A stretch of 32,753 nt of DNA from the NCBI GenBank assembly GCA_036012755.1, contig DASCPX010000125.1, positions 1-32,753 on the forward strand. The letters are read 5' to 3'. Below are positions 16,032 to 25,893 of the stretch, one piece after another (the first letter of the stretch is position 1; each line of letters begins with the position of its first letter). The notes beneath the pieces were generated by a model that saw only the letters and a list, made by a program, of their open reading frames with translations, ran no database searches and had not been told where the DNA came from. The position numbers and the translations under genes were made by a program. Source of the stretch: Myxococcota bacterium (GTDB lineage Bacteria; Myxococcota_A; UBA796; CAJQPC01).

Positions 16032-16909
16032 CGCTCCTGCTGTTGGCTTGCACCGCCCCAGAGGACCAGCTCACCTTCACGGACAGCTGGGAGCTGTTGG
16101 TCTCGAACTCGGACAACAACGTCCTCGATCTGCGCTTCGTGCGATGCAACACCGGTCTCCTGAAGGGCATGGGCCACGCCCGTGGCGAGGTCGGGCGGCG
16201 CCGCGAGACCTCGATCCGGCTGGGCTACGACGCTCATCCCGACGAGGTCGAGGTCCTCGACCGTGGCCTCCGCCTGGGTCCCGACTACGTCGAGGAGACC
16301 GGCGATGGCTGGCAGGTGCTCTTCCGCGAGGGCACCGAGCTCGATGGCTACCGGGACCTGCGCATGGCCGTGGCGTCGAGCGGCCTCGAGGTCGAGCCCC
16401 TGCTCCTCGACGGCTGGACCACAGAGGTCGCCGAGCCCCTCGGCGCTGTGAGCGGCGCGCTGGCGGCGGGCGGTCGCCACCGCTTCCTGGTGGGTCGCGG
16501 GGTCCTCTTGCATCGCTACGGCCCGAATCCTCCGACCCTCGCCGGAGCACGGCGCGATGCGGTTTTTGCGCTCGCAGAGGACATCAGCGTGGGCGTCGAT
16601 CAGACCGGCGGCGACGTCGTCGCGTGGGCCTGGATCGACGGCGAGCTCTACCAGGCGTCCCCGGTGCTCACGCGCGACGAAGGCACCGTCATGGTCGACT
16701 TCCGCCCGGATCTCCCCTTGATGATGCGCGTCCAGGAGCACGGCCCCCGGGTCACCGAGGACCCCTACGAGGAGCTCAGCGACCCCGAGCGAATCGCTCT
16801 GGACGCGTGGGCGGGGCTGCCCACGCGCGAGCTCACGTCGGGCGTCGCGGAGATCCGGTGGATGGACCAGGCGCTCACCGCCCCGGCGCTGTCACTCCAG
16901 GTCCGCTAG
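16028..16909 (+). CDS. Hypothetical beta-rich lipoprotein
   Basis: Start re-assigned to GTG 16028 (GTGA overlap). MTLLLLAC; codon pattern typical of a real gene. Confidence 0.75.
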   Translation: MTLLLLACTAPEDQLTFTDSWELLVSNSDNNVLDLRFVRCNTGLLKGMGHARGEVGRRRETSIRLGYDAHPDEVEVLDRGLRLGPDYVEETGDGWQVLFREGTELDGYRDLRMAVASSGLEVEPLLLDGWTTEVAEPLGAVSGALAAGGRHRFLVGRGVLLHRYGPNPPTLAGARRDAVFALAEDISVGVDQTGGDVVAWAWIDGELYQASPVLTRDEGTVMVDFRPDLPLMMRVQEHGPRVTEDPYEELSDPERIALDAWAGLPTRELTSGVAEIRWMDQALTAPALSLQVR

Positions 16910-16921
16910 GAGTAGACCGGA

Positions 16922-19759
16922 TCAGCCGCCGAGTGGCAGCGTGGCTGCGGCGAGCTCGACCTCTCCCGAGGAGTCGTACCAGACGTTCACGGAGGTGATG
17001 TCCGTGAGCCCGTCGCCATCACGGGCGAGGACGACGAAGAGGTTCCAGCCCTCTTCGAGGCGCGCGTCGACGGTGAAGGGGAGCGTCGTCACGCCGTCGT
17101 CGCCGCCCTGGAAGAAGATCTTGCCGTCGTCCTCTGTGCCCTTCTGGTAGACGATGACGTCGCGGAGACCGGCGTCGTCGCGGGCGACCCCCGAGATGAC
17201 GATCTGGGGATCCGCAGTCACGAGCGTGGGCTGGCGGGTGACGTCGAGGCTCGGCGGGGCCCTGGCGCTCCACTGGGCCGCCGTCCCGACGGGGACCGTC
17301 AGCTCGTCGCTCTGTGTGAAGAAGCCATAGAAACCACCTCGCCAGATGGCGGCGTGGTCGTAGCGGGCCTGGTCGCCCAGGACGAACTCGACCTCCAGGG
17401 GCTCGGCGCCCTTGACCTGGAAGACGAAGCTGTCGGTGACGACCTCGCCAGGGGCGATCTCGCCGAGCTCCAGGACGCCCGTTCGAAGGTCGAGTTGCTT
17501 GCCGCTGTGGTTCTTGAGCTTCGCGAAAGCCTCCGAGGTGGCGCCCTCGCCGACGTTCTTCACAGTCAGCGTCAGGGCGACGGTCTCGCCCGGCTCGGCG
17601 ATGCCGTCCCCGTCCCCGCGCGTGCCCTCTACGCCGGTGTCCGTCAGGGCGTAGCTCCACTCGAAGCTCGGCAGCGGCTGTCCCACCGTGCGGACCATGT
17701 GTTCGCTGTGCCCGAGGTCGCGTCGCTGGGAGTCGTGGAAGTCGATCGTGACCTCTCCCACCTCGTCCCGGTATCCGTCGATCATGGTGATCTTCGTCGG
17801 CCAGCTGAGCGTCTCGCCAGGATCGATGCGACCGAAGTAGTACTCGTCGCCGTCGAGGAAGTCGAAGGTCGACTCGGAGACGCCCAGCACCTGGTGGACG
17901 GGCTGTTCGCCATCGTTCGTGACGCGCAGCCAGATGACCTGCTCCTCGCCCGTGGCGGCGAGCACGTCGTCCTCGCCGAGGTCGAAGACCGCCGAGAGCT
18001 GCGGCTCGGCCGGCTGCTCGCCTTGGGTCCAGTCGAGGTCGATGTCACCGAAGGCGGCCTCGATGGCCTCTTGTTGACGCTGGGAGTGGGTGCTGACGAC
18101 AGCGCCAACGCTCGCGAGCACCTCGGCCCGGTTCGCCTCGTCGGGGCTCGCCACGATCAGGTCGCGGGCGAACTGCACCTCCCAGTCGGCGGCGAGGTCC
18201 AGCTTGTCGCTGCGCTGCGCCTCGATGTCCGGGACATAGAGGTGGCGCACGCTGTAGACGGGCGCCTCGCCCCTCAGATCGACGCGCTCGAGGCTGTGGT
18301 CGAGGTCGGCTTCGCGTGAGACCCGCTCCCTGGCGTACATCGCGATGAGGTGGTCACCTTCCTCGGTCTCGTGGACGATCGTCCGCTCGATGCGGATGTC
18401 GGGCGGGATCCCGATGGCCTGGATGCTCTTCTCTCCGGGAGTCAGGTACTTCGCGACGGTGAGCTTCAGCTTGGAGGCGTCCCCCGGGTTGTCGTAGAGG
18501 TTCTGGACGCTGCCCTTGCCAAAGGTGCGCTCGCCGACGACCACGGCGCGACCTCGGTTCTTGAGCGCACCGGCCACGATCTCGCTCGCGGAGGCGGAGT
18601 TCGCGTCGACGAGGACCACGATCGGGTAGTCCGCCTCCGTGTTCCCTCGGGACGCACCCTTCTCGTCGACGTTGCGGTTGCCGCGTTCGACGGTGGACAC
18701 GATCTGGCCGGTGTCGAGGAACATGTCGCTGACCTCGACCGCCTGGTGGAGGTAGCCGCCGGGGTTTCCGCGCAGGTCGAGGACGAGACCGCGCAGCTCG
18801 CCGCCGTTGTCGCGGCGGAACTGGGAAAGGAAGGTCATGACGTCGTTGGAGACCATCCCGTGGAAGTTCGAGATGCGGACGTAGCCGACGCCGCCCTCGA
18901 GCAGCTCGCCCTTCACCGGGTTGATCTTGATCCTGGCTCGCTCGATCGGGAAGGCCTTCGGCTCGCTCCAGCCCTCCCTCTCGACGTGCACCACGACCGT
19001 GCTGCCGACCTCGCCTCGGAGCTTGGACACCGCCTCGGTGAGGTCCATGTTGATGGTGGACTCTCCGTCGATGCGCACGATGCGGTCGTCTGCCTTGAGG
19101 CCCACGCGAAACGCCGGCGTGTCCTCGAGCGGGTACTCGACGGTCAAACGACCGTCCCTCAGCGTGATCGTGATGCCGAGGCCCCCGAACTCACCGGAGT
19201 TCTCGACATCCATCTCCTTGGAGATCTCTGGTGGGAGCAACACGGAGTGGGGATCGAGCGTAGAGAGCACGCCGTTGATGAGCGCGTACTCGATCTCCGG
19301 GAGAGGGACCTCGTCGGACAGCCGCGCTTCGAGGACCGTCGCGACCCTGGCGAGCTGGTCGGTCATCTGGCCGACGGTCTCGATCTGCGGGAGCTCCAGG
19401 GTCGTGGTGTAGCTCCCGACGGCGACGTGGAGCAGCCGACCACCGGGCTCGCGACGGAAGAGCACCTCCGGCACTCGGCGCTCGACGTCGTCGAGGGCCT
19501 CGTCGAACATCAGGTCCGGGTCGACGCGGCTGGGGTCCACGTACCTCTCCTCGACGAAGTACATCGTGCGGCGGAGCAGGCTCAGGCTCTCGAGCGAGTA
19601 GGGCCGCTCGTGGCCGGTCGCGAACTCCTGGAGCTGGTCGATGAGGTCCGCAGGGACGCTGTTGGCGCCGGCGTCGGAGTTCGACACCAGGTGGTAGAGG
19701 AGGATGGATGCGGGGAGGGCCACGCCGAAGACGGCGAGGTGTTTGACCGCTGCGTGCAT
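16922..19759 (-). CDS. Carboxy-terminal processing S41 serine protease with PDZ and C-terminal Ig-like domains (MXAN_5808-like architecture)
   Basis: LDPHS, GEFGGLGI (PDZ), LDLRGNPGG, SASASEIVAGAL (catalytic Ser), GERTFGKGSVQ (Lys), KLTVAKYLTP; long beta-sandwich tail. Confidence 0.92.
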   Translation of the reverse strand: MHAAVKHLAVFGVALPASILLYHLVSNSDAGANSVPADLIDQLQEFATGHERPYSLESLSLLRRTMYFVEERYVDPSRVDPDLMFDEALDDVERRVPEVLFRREPGGRLLHVAVGSYTTTLELPQIETVGQMTDQLARVATVLEARLSDEVPLPEIEYALINGVLSTLDPHSVLLPPEISKEMDVENSGEFGGLGITITLRDGRLTVEYPLEDTPAFRVGLKADDRIVRIDGESTINMDLTEAVSKLRGEVGSTVVVHVEREGWSEPKAFPIERARIKINPVKGELLEGGVGYVRISNFHGMVSNDVMTFLSQFRRDNGGELRGLVLDLRGNPGGYLHQAVEVSDMFLDTGQIVSTVERGNRNVDEKGASRGNTEADYPIVVLVDANSASASEIVAGALKNRGRAVVVGERTFGKGSVQNLYDNPGDASKLKLTVAKYLTPGEKSIQAIGIPPDIRIERTIVHETEEGDHLIAMYARERVSREADLDHSLERVDLRGEAPVYSVRHLYVPDIEAQRSDKLDLAADWEVQFARDLIVASPDEANRAEVLASVGAVVSTHSQRQQEAIEAAFGDIDLDWTQGEQPAEPQLSAVFDLGEDDVLAATGEEQVIWLRVTNDGEQPVHQVLGVSESTFDFLDGDEYYFGRIDPGETLSWPTKITMIDGYRDEVGEVTIDFHDSQRRDLGHSEHMVRTVGQPLPSFEWSYALTDTGVEGTRGDGDGIAEPGETVALTLTVKNVGEGATSEAFAKLKNHSGKQLDLRTGVLELGEIAPGEVVTDSFVFQVKGAEPLEVEFVLGDQARYDHAAIWRGGFYGFFTQSDELTVPVGTAAQWSARAPPSLDVTRQPTLVTADPQIVISGVARDDAGLRDVIVYQKGTEDDGKIFFQGGDDGVTTLPFTVDARLEEGWNLFVVLARDGDGLTDITSVNVWYDSSGEVELAAATLPLGG

Positions 19760-19886
19760 TGAGTCTCCGCCGAGTCGCTGTACCCAGTTTAGCTGTTCAC
19801 GTAGGGACCTTGTGGGAACCCTGGCGGTTCACGCGTGACAAGAAAACACAGCACGGGTTAGCCGAGACCCCCGGACCGAAGGACTG

Positions 19887-22880
19887 ATGGCGCTCAAGAT
19901 CTCATGTCCGCACTGCGGGAGTCCCCACCGCCTGAGGGAGCCCTTCCCGGACCCGGGCGCTGAGGTGCAGTGCGACTCCTGCGGCGCGACGCTCGCCATC
20001 ACCTACCCCGTGGGACTCGTCGATCGGCTGCGGTCCAAGGGTGCGCGCTTCCAGGGTGACCCGGAGCCCGTCCTCACTCCCGCCCCCACTCCTCGACCAG
20101 AGCATCTCCGACGCCTCGAGCGCCCCGAGCTCGGACAGGTCTTCCAACCCCAGGAGACCGGTCCGACCCAGGTGCTGAGCCAGTCCCCGAGTCCGCAGCC
20201 GCAAGAGACCGGGCCCACGATGCTGCTCGGCCCCGGCGATGCCCCGCCACCCGTCACCGCGCCGCCGAGCGCGCGGGGCGAGCAGGCGCCAGCCGACGAG
20301 GAGCGCACCATCCTCGCGCGGCAGAAGGCGCGCCCCCACGACCCGACCGACCCGATCGACCGGACGGGAGAGCTCTACGACTCTCTCGAGGGGCAGCCCG
20401 AGCCGCTCTCGCCCGGACCGCGGGGACCAGCCCCGCGCCTCATGGAGATCCCGCATCAGAGGAAGCCGTGGGGCTGGGGCAAGCGCCTGGTCGTCGGCTT
20501 CGTCGCGATGTGCGTCATCGGAGTGGCCACGTTCGCCGGTTCCTGGGCGTACTTCAGCCAGGATCTGCCTACGTTGGAGACCCTCGAGACCTACCGGCCG
20601 CCCACGGTCACGGTCGTCTACGACAACCAGGGCCAGCTCCTCGGCGAGATCTACGAGCAGCGCCGCTACGTCGTGCCCCTCGAGACGATGCCGGAGCACC
20701 TCCGACACGCCTTCATGGCCTCCGAGGATGCGAACTTCGAGCACCACAAGGGCGTCGACCCGATGGGCATCCTCAGGGCGATGGTCAAGAACGTCCAAGA
20801 ACGCGGCATGGCCCAGGGTGCCTCGACGATCACGCAGCAGGTAGCCCGGAACTTCCTGCTCACGAGCGAGAAGAAGCTCACCCGCAAGATCAAGGAGGCC
20901 ATCCTCGCCACGCGGATCGAGGAGGCCTTCGACAAGGACCGCATCCTCTATCTCTACCTGAACCAGATCTACCTGGGGTCCGGGGCCTACGGGGTCGAGG
21001 CTGCCTCCCGGATCTACTTCGACAAGCACGTCAGTGACATCAGCCTGGCCGAGGCTGCGCTGCTCGCCGGCCTCCCCCAGCGGCCCTCCGACTACAGCCC
21101 CCATCGCAACTGGGACAAGGCGCGGGCGCGCCAGGAGTACGTGCTCGGCCAGATGCTGGACAAGGACTTCATCACCCAGGCGGAGCACGACGCGGCCGTC
21201 GACGAGGAGATCCGCATCGTCAAGACGGAGAACCCCATCCGCCTGTTGGCCCCCTACTACACCGAGCACGTGCGGCGACACCTCGTCGAGACCTACGGCT
21301 TCGACCGGGTCTACAACGAGGGCCTCATCGTTCACACGACCTGCGACCTGGAGCTTCAGCAGATCGCCCAGAACGCCGTCACCAGGGGCATCACCGAGCG
21401 CAACATGGCCCTGGGATGGCGAGGGCCGCTGGAGACCCACGAGGGCGAGGCAGCGATCTCGGCGAGACTGCAGGCGCAAGAGCAGTCGATGCGCGAGCAC
21501 GACCAGTTCCTCGCGGACAACGCGCGGCGCAACCCGCTCCCGGAGCTCAGCTCCCTGCGCGCGGGCGAGCGCTTCGAGGCCGTGGTCACGGCGGTGGAGA
21601 AGAAACACGCCGTCGTCGGCATCGGCGCCCACGAGGCGATCGTGCCGCTGTCCTGGACCTACTGGGGCTTCGAGCCGAACATCAAGAAGTCCTGGCGCTA
21701 TCGCAAGAACAACGACCTGACGACGACCCTCTCCGTCGGAGACGTGGTCACGGTCGAGGTCGTCGCGGTCGACTCCCAGACGGAGAAGAACCTCGAGGGC
21801 TACGAGGCCGCCGTGGGGCTCGCAGCGGCGAAGCTCTACCAGAAGCCCGAGCTGCAGGGCGCGCTGTTGTCCTACGACCTCGACACCGGCGCCGTCCGCG
21901 CCATGGTCGGTGGGGTCGACATCGAGGAGAGCGAGTTCAACCGCGCCCTCCAGGCACGGCGCCAGGTCGGCTCCACCTTCAAGCCGATCGTCTACGCGAC
22001 CGCGCTCGACGAGCGCAAGTTCACGACGGGCTCGATGGTGCCGGACACCCCCAAGACCTTCTTCGACTACAACGAGGAGAAGATCTGGAAGCCCGGGAAC
22101 TACGGCGGCGACTACCTCGGCAACATCTCGCTGCGGAAGGCCCTGGCGCTCTCACGAAACGTCTGCACCGTGCACGTGCTCGACGTCGTCGGCATGGACC
22201 CGGTCTACGACATGGGCCGCACCCTGGGCATCGAGAGCCACCTGGAGAAGGACCTGTCGATGGGGCTGGGCACCTCGAGCCTGTCGATGATCGAGATGGC
22301 CCGCGCCTACTCGGTCTTCGCGACCTACGGCAGCATGGTGGACCCCTACTTCATCGAGTCGGTCGAGGACCGCGACGGCGTGGTGCTCGAGCAGCACGAG
22401 CTCGTCGATCATCCAGAGGTGCTGGACCCGACGGTCGCAGGGATCACCACCTGGCTCCTGCGCGAGGTCGCCACCGCCGGCACGGGCGCGGCCACGAACC
22501 GCCTGGGCGTGCACATCGCTGGAAAGACGGGGACGACGAACGACTTCAAGGACGGCTGGTTCGTCGGCTTCACGCCGGGGGTCATCACCGCCGCCTGGGC
22601 CGGCTACGACAAGCCACGCAGCATGGGCGTGAGCAGCACCGGGGGGCGCATCGCCCTGCCGATGTGGATGGAGTACATGGAAGCTGCCTGGCCCAAGGAA
22701 GTGGACCGCCCCTTCCCCGAGATCCCGGACGCCGTCTGGGCGTCCATCGACGAGTCGAGCGGCAAGGTGCGCTCCGGTGGGCGTGGCATGCCCTTCATCC
22801 CGGGCACGGTCCCGGAGAGGAGCGGCGCAGCGGCTGGACAGGTCACCACGGAGGAGTTCATGACCGGGGGTCTGTTCTGA
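19887..22880 (+). CDS. mrcA: Class A penicillin-binding protein 1A with an N-terminal Zn ribbon and Pro/Thr-rich cytoplasmic extension
   Basis: Glycosyltransferase motifs EDANFEHHKGVD, GASTITQQ, RKIKE; transpeptidase motifs GSTFK, SRN, KTG; OB/S1-like insert; N-terminal CPHC...CDSC; single TM helix. Confidence 0.93.
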   Translation: MALKISCPHCGSPHRLREPFPDPGAEVQCDSCGATLAITYPVGLVDRLRSKGARFQGDPEPVLTPAPTPRPEHLRRLERPELGQVFQPQETGPTQVLSQSPSPQPQETGPTMLLGPGDAPPPVTAPPSARGEQAPADEERTILARQKARPHDPTDPIDRTGELYDSLEGQPEPLSPGPRGPAPRLMEIPHQRKPWGWGKRLVVGFVAMCVIGVATFAGSWAYFSQDLPTLETLETYRPPTVTVVYDNQGQLLGEIYEQRRYVVPLETMPEHLRHAFMASEDANFEHHKGVDPMGILRAMVKNVQERGMAQGASTITQQVARNFLLTSEKKLTRKIKEAILATRIEEAFDKDRILYLYLNQIYLGSGAYGVEAASRIYFDKHVSDISLAEAALLAGLPQRPSDYSPHRNWDKARARQEYVLGQMLDKDFITQAEHDAAVDEEIRIVKTENPIRLLAPYYTEHVRRHLVETYGFDRVYNEGLIVHTTCDLELQQIAQNAVTRGITERNMALGWRGPLETHEGEAAISARLQAQEQSMREHDQFLADNARRNPLPELSSLRAGERFEAVVTAVEKKHAVVGIGAHEAIVPLSWTYWGFEPNIKKSWRYRKNNDLTTTLSVGDVVTVEVVAVDSQTEKNLEGYEAAVGLAAAKLYQKPELQGALLSYDLDTGAVRAMVGGVDIEESEFNRALQARRQVGSTFKPIVYATALDERKFTTGSMVPDTPKTFFDYNEEKIWKPGNYGGDYLGNISLRKALALSRNVCTVHVLDVVGMDPVYDMGRTLGIESHLEKDLSMGLGTSSLSMIEMARAYSVFATYGSMVDPYFIESVEDRDGVVLEQHELVDHPEVLDPTVAGITTWLLREVATAGTGAATNRLGVHIAGKTGTTNDFKDGWFVGFTPGVITAAWAGYDKPRSMGVSSTGGRIALPMWMEYMEAAWPKEVDRPFPEIPDAVWASIDESSGKVRSGGRGMPFIPGTVPERSGAAAGQVTTEEFMTGGLF

Positions 22881-23335
22881 TGATCCTGTCGCTCTTGCTG
22901 TCATGCGTAGAGGCCGTCACGGTCGAGGTGCCCGTCTGCGAGGTCTCGCTCACGTCGCTCTCCCCCGCCGCGGCGGGTGTGGGGGACGAGGTCGTCCTGT
23001 CCGCGAGCCCCCTGTCAGAGGCCTGGGACACGGTGATCCTGGTCGGCGGCGTGCGCGCCGAGCTCAGCGGTCTCACGCGAGACGACTGCGACAGCTGCGA
23101 TGCCTGTCGGGAAGACAACGAGTGCAGCGACTGCTTCTCCGACTGCGACGCCTGCGACGCGCAGTGCGCTGCCGACTGCGTCGAGACCGCCACCTTCGTG
23201 GTCCCCGAGCTGCTGCCGGGGCTGACCACGGTGGAGCTCTTCAACACCCATGGGGGCAGCGAACGGATCGCATTCGAGGTGCTCGGAACAAGCGACACCG
23301 GCGCCGGCGGGGACTCCGCGGACACAGGCGGCTGA
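22880..23335 (+). CDS. IPT/TIG-like lipoprotein with an acidic Cys-rich insertion
   Basis: ATG 22880 overlaps the PBP1A stop by 1 nt. MILSLLLSC; IPT-like LSPAAAGVGDEVVL...VGG...FVVPELLPG...VELFNTHGGS; 9-Cys insert. Confidence 0.82.
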   Translation: MILSLLLSCVEAVTVEVPVCEVSLTSLSPAAAGVGDEVVLSASPLSEAWDTVILVGGVRAELSGLTRDDCDSCDACREDNECSDCFSDCDACDAQCAADCVETATFVVPELLPGLTTVELFNTHGGSERIAFEVLGTSDTGAGGDSADTGG

Positions 23336-23401
23336 TCACGCTATACACCTCACCGTTTGCAGCGGCGCCGCCACGACGCACACTGCACTCCCGAGGTCCC
23401 A

Positions 23402-24007
23402 ATGATCCTGCTAGCAACCGTCCTGTCGACGAACGCCGAGGCCGGCGGCATCGGCATCATCACCACCGCCGGTACGCACCAGGACCGCTTCTACGCCTAC
23501 GACCTGTCGGACGCGCAGTACGTGATCTCCGCGCAGCGCCCGGACTACGGGTTCGGCTTGCAAGCCGTGCTGGGCGACCGTGACGACAAGTGGGTCGGCA
23601 CCGCGCGCCTCTGGGCGCAACAGGACGCCGCCCAGTCGGACGTCGGCCACAACGCCAAGGCCCGCGAGGAGGGCTGGAAGCCGACGACCGAAGAGGGCCT
23701 CGACAACGAGCTCACCTACGTCTTCCGGGACGAGCCGCGGACCCTCGGGCTCGCATCCGCGGGTGTCCAGTGGCGCCTCTGGGGCGAGCCCCTGGGCTTG
23801 CAGCTGTCGCTGATCACGAACGTCGGCACCGGCTTCCTCACCGTCGACTCCAGCGAGTTCCTGCTGGCGCAGATCGGCCCGGGTGTGCACTACACGATCA
23901 ACGACCGCATCCAGGTCAACGCCGAGTTCGGCTACGAGATGCGCTATCGGAAGAGCTTCTACCACGGCTCGACCTTCAACCTCGGCGTCCGGTACCTCAT
24001 CGATTGA
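23402..24007 (+). CDS. Small outer-membrane beta-barrel protein
   Basis: Start ATG 23402 (GAGG upstream). Signal MILLATVLSTNAEA; amphipathic strands (IGPGVHY, VNAEFGYEMRY, FNLGVRYLID). Confidence 0.75.
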   Translation: MILLATVLSTNAEAGGIGIITTAGTHQDRFYAYDLSDAQYVISAQRPDYGFGLQAVLGDRDDKWVGTARLWAQQDAAQSDVGHNAKAREEGWKPTTEEGLDNELTYVFRDEPRTLGLASAGVQWRLWGEPLGLQLSLITNVGTGFLTVDSSEFLLAQIGPGVHYTINDRIQVNAEFGYEMRYRKSFYHGSTFNLGVRYLID

Positions 24008-25872
24008 TAGCGCTCGCCGCTGCCCTCGGTGCCTGCTCCACGGCGCGAACGACCCCGGAGTGGCTGGAGCAGCGAGAACCCGGGGGACCCTGCTACGAGG
24101 CAAACCTGCTCGACGGACTCTCGGAGGAGAGCACCGACGAGCTGCACGCGGTCTTCGACTGCCTGAACCGACAGGACGCCTTCGAGCCCTTCTCGGGTGT
24201 GGTCGACAGCCTCGACACCGAGGCACGAGACGGAGACCCCGCCGGCGTCGAGCTCGCCAGGGCGACGAACCAGGCTGGTGACGCCGACATCGATGTCTTC
24301 GGAGTGGCGACCGTCCTGCTGGACGCCGCCCGCTCGGGCGAGCTGACCTACTGGTCCGAGGTGGTGGTGGAGGTGCTCTACGGGACCTCCTACGAGCGCG
24401 TCGAGAGCGAGGTCGATCTGCGCGCAGGATCCTCGCTGGATCGCGGCCTCGTGCGGCCCCTGCTCCCGGCCCTGCGCTTCTCCGCCGAGGCCATCGTAGA
24501 CAACGACCTCGAGCCCACCACGGTGCTCGGCGAGGCGCTGGTCAGCGAACACGTCGCATCGGCGACCGAGCGCTTCGCGGAGCTCGCGGAGGCAGGGCTG
24601 TTCGACGACGTGCCCGCGGACCTGGGTGACGCCATCGAGCGCAGCCGGAGCACCGACAACGACCGCTGGGACGAGGCCTCCGGCGACTCGATCCGGGACA
24701 TCTCCGAGAAGCTCTTCCTCGAGACCGGCAACGACGGGCGCATCGCCATCGAGCACATCGCCGACCCCGCGCGGGTGGTGCTGGCCGACGACCAGGTCCG
24801 CGATGGCCTGCGGCAGACGCTGATCGAGCTCGACGACGGCGGTCACCTCCGCGCCCTGCCACCGCAGCTCGTCTACCTCGCCGAGGTCGACCCCGACGGA
24901 GCGGCGCTCGAGGCCGGCGAGGACTCGGCGTTGGTCGCCCTGTTGCGCCTGCTCCAGCGCGGGAACGGGCCGATGGAGTGCTCGCTGGATCTCTGGGTGG
25001 CTTCGCTGGACGTGAAGATCGACAACTTCTCCGTCGAGTTCCTCTCCCGCCTCGCCCAGCAGGACCCGGGCGCCGTAGAGAGTGGCGTCTCCATCCTCGG
25101 TGATCTCTTGGGCTGGCCCTTCAGCAGAGAGATCCTCTACGCCATCGCCGACTCGGGTCTCTGCAACCCCCTCGACCGCCAGATGGTCGACGACGTACAG
25201 GCCATCGACCGCTTCAACGACCCCGCAACGAGCGACCTGCTCAGAGCGCTGTTGTGGACGCTGGAGGACTTCTACGCGGTCGACGACTCGAAGATCCCCG
25301 AGCTCGTCGACCTGCTCGCGACCGTCCGGAACTTCGACGCCGACAGGCCGCTGGAGGAGCTGCTCCGAGACATCGGCACCAGCGCGCTCGTCTACGACTT
25401 CGTGGACGTGCTCGCCGAGCTGCGCGCTGACTTCGATCCGCTCTGGGACGCAGCGGAAGCCGCCTTCGCGATCCGCTCCTCCGGTCGCTCGGGAGTGGAG
25501 GAGCTCAGCCCGACGATCCAGGCCGCCTTCGTCCAGGAGGGCACCTGGACGACACTCGGAAACACCGCCACGCTGCTCCAGCGCGGGGACGCCCGCTCCA
25601 CGGAGCTCCTCGCTCGTCTCCCGGGGCTGCTCCAAGAGGACCTGCCCTTGCTCACCGGCCTCGGCGAGGCCCTACAGGACGAAGGGCTGGTGCGCCCGAT
25701 CCTGCTCGTGGTCGAGACGGAGGAGGTGCACACCGCCATGGCGCAGGCCGAGATCACCGTAGAAGGTCCCCTCCCCTTCCTCGCGCGGTTGGTGGTGGGC
25801 GGCACCCTGACGGAGGCCCTGGCGCTGCTCGAGTGGGGCTTGGATCTCCTCGAAGGTGAAGAAGAGCGATAG
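24004..25872 (+). CDS. Large acidic alpha-helical hypothetical lipoprotein
   Basis: Start re-assigned to TTG 24004 (TTGA overlap). Lipobox MIALAAALGAC; Leu/Asp/Glu-rich helices. Confidence 0.75.
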   Translation: MIALAAALGACSTARTTPEWLEQREPGGPCYEANLLDGLSEESTDELHAVFDCLNRQDAFEPFSGVVDSLDTEARDGDPAGVELARATNQAGDADIDVFGVATVLLDAARSGELTYWSEVVVEVLYGTSYERVESEVDLRAGSSLDRGLVRPLLPALRFSAEAIVDNDLEPTTVLGEALVSEHVASATERFAELAEAGLFDDVPADLGDAIERSRSTDNDRWDEASGDSIRDISEKLFLETGNDGRIAIEHIADPARVVLADDQVRDGLRQTLIELDDGGHLRALPPQLVYLAEVDPDGAALEAGEDSALVALLRLLQRGNGPMECSLDLWVASLDVKIDNFSVEFLSRLAQQDPGAVESGVSILGDLLGWPFSREILYAIADSGLCNPLDRQMVDDVQAIDRFNDPATSDLLRALLWTLEDFYAVDDSKIPELVDLLATVRNFDADRPLEELLRDIGTSALVYDFVDVLAELRADFDPLWDAAEAAFAIRSSGRSGVEELSPTIQAAFVQEGTWTTLGNTATLLQRGDARSTELLARLPGLLQEDLPLLTGLGEALQDEGLVRPILLVVETEEVHTAMAQAEITVEGPLPFLARLVVGGTLTEALALLEWGLDLLEGEEER

Positions 25873-25893
25873 GGTCGGCGACTCGGAGTAGCC

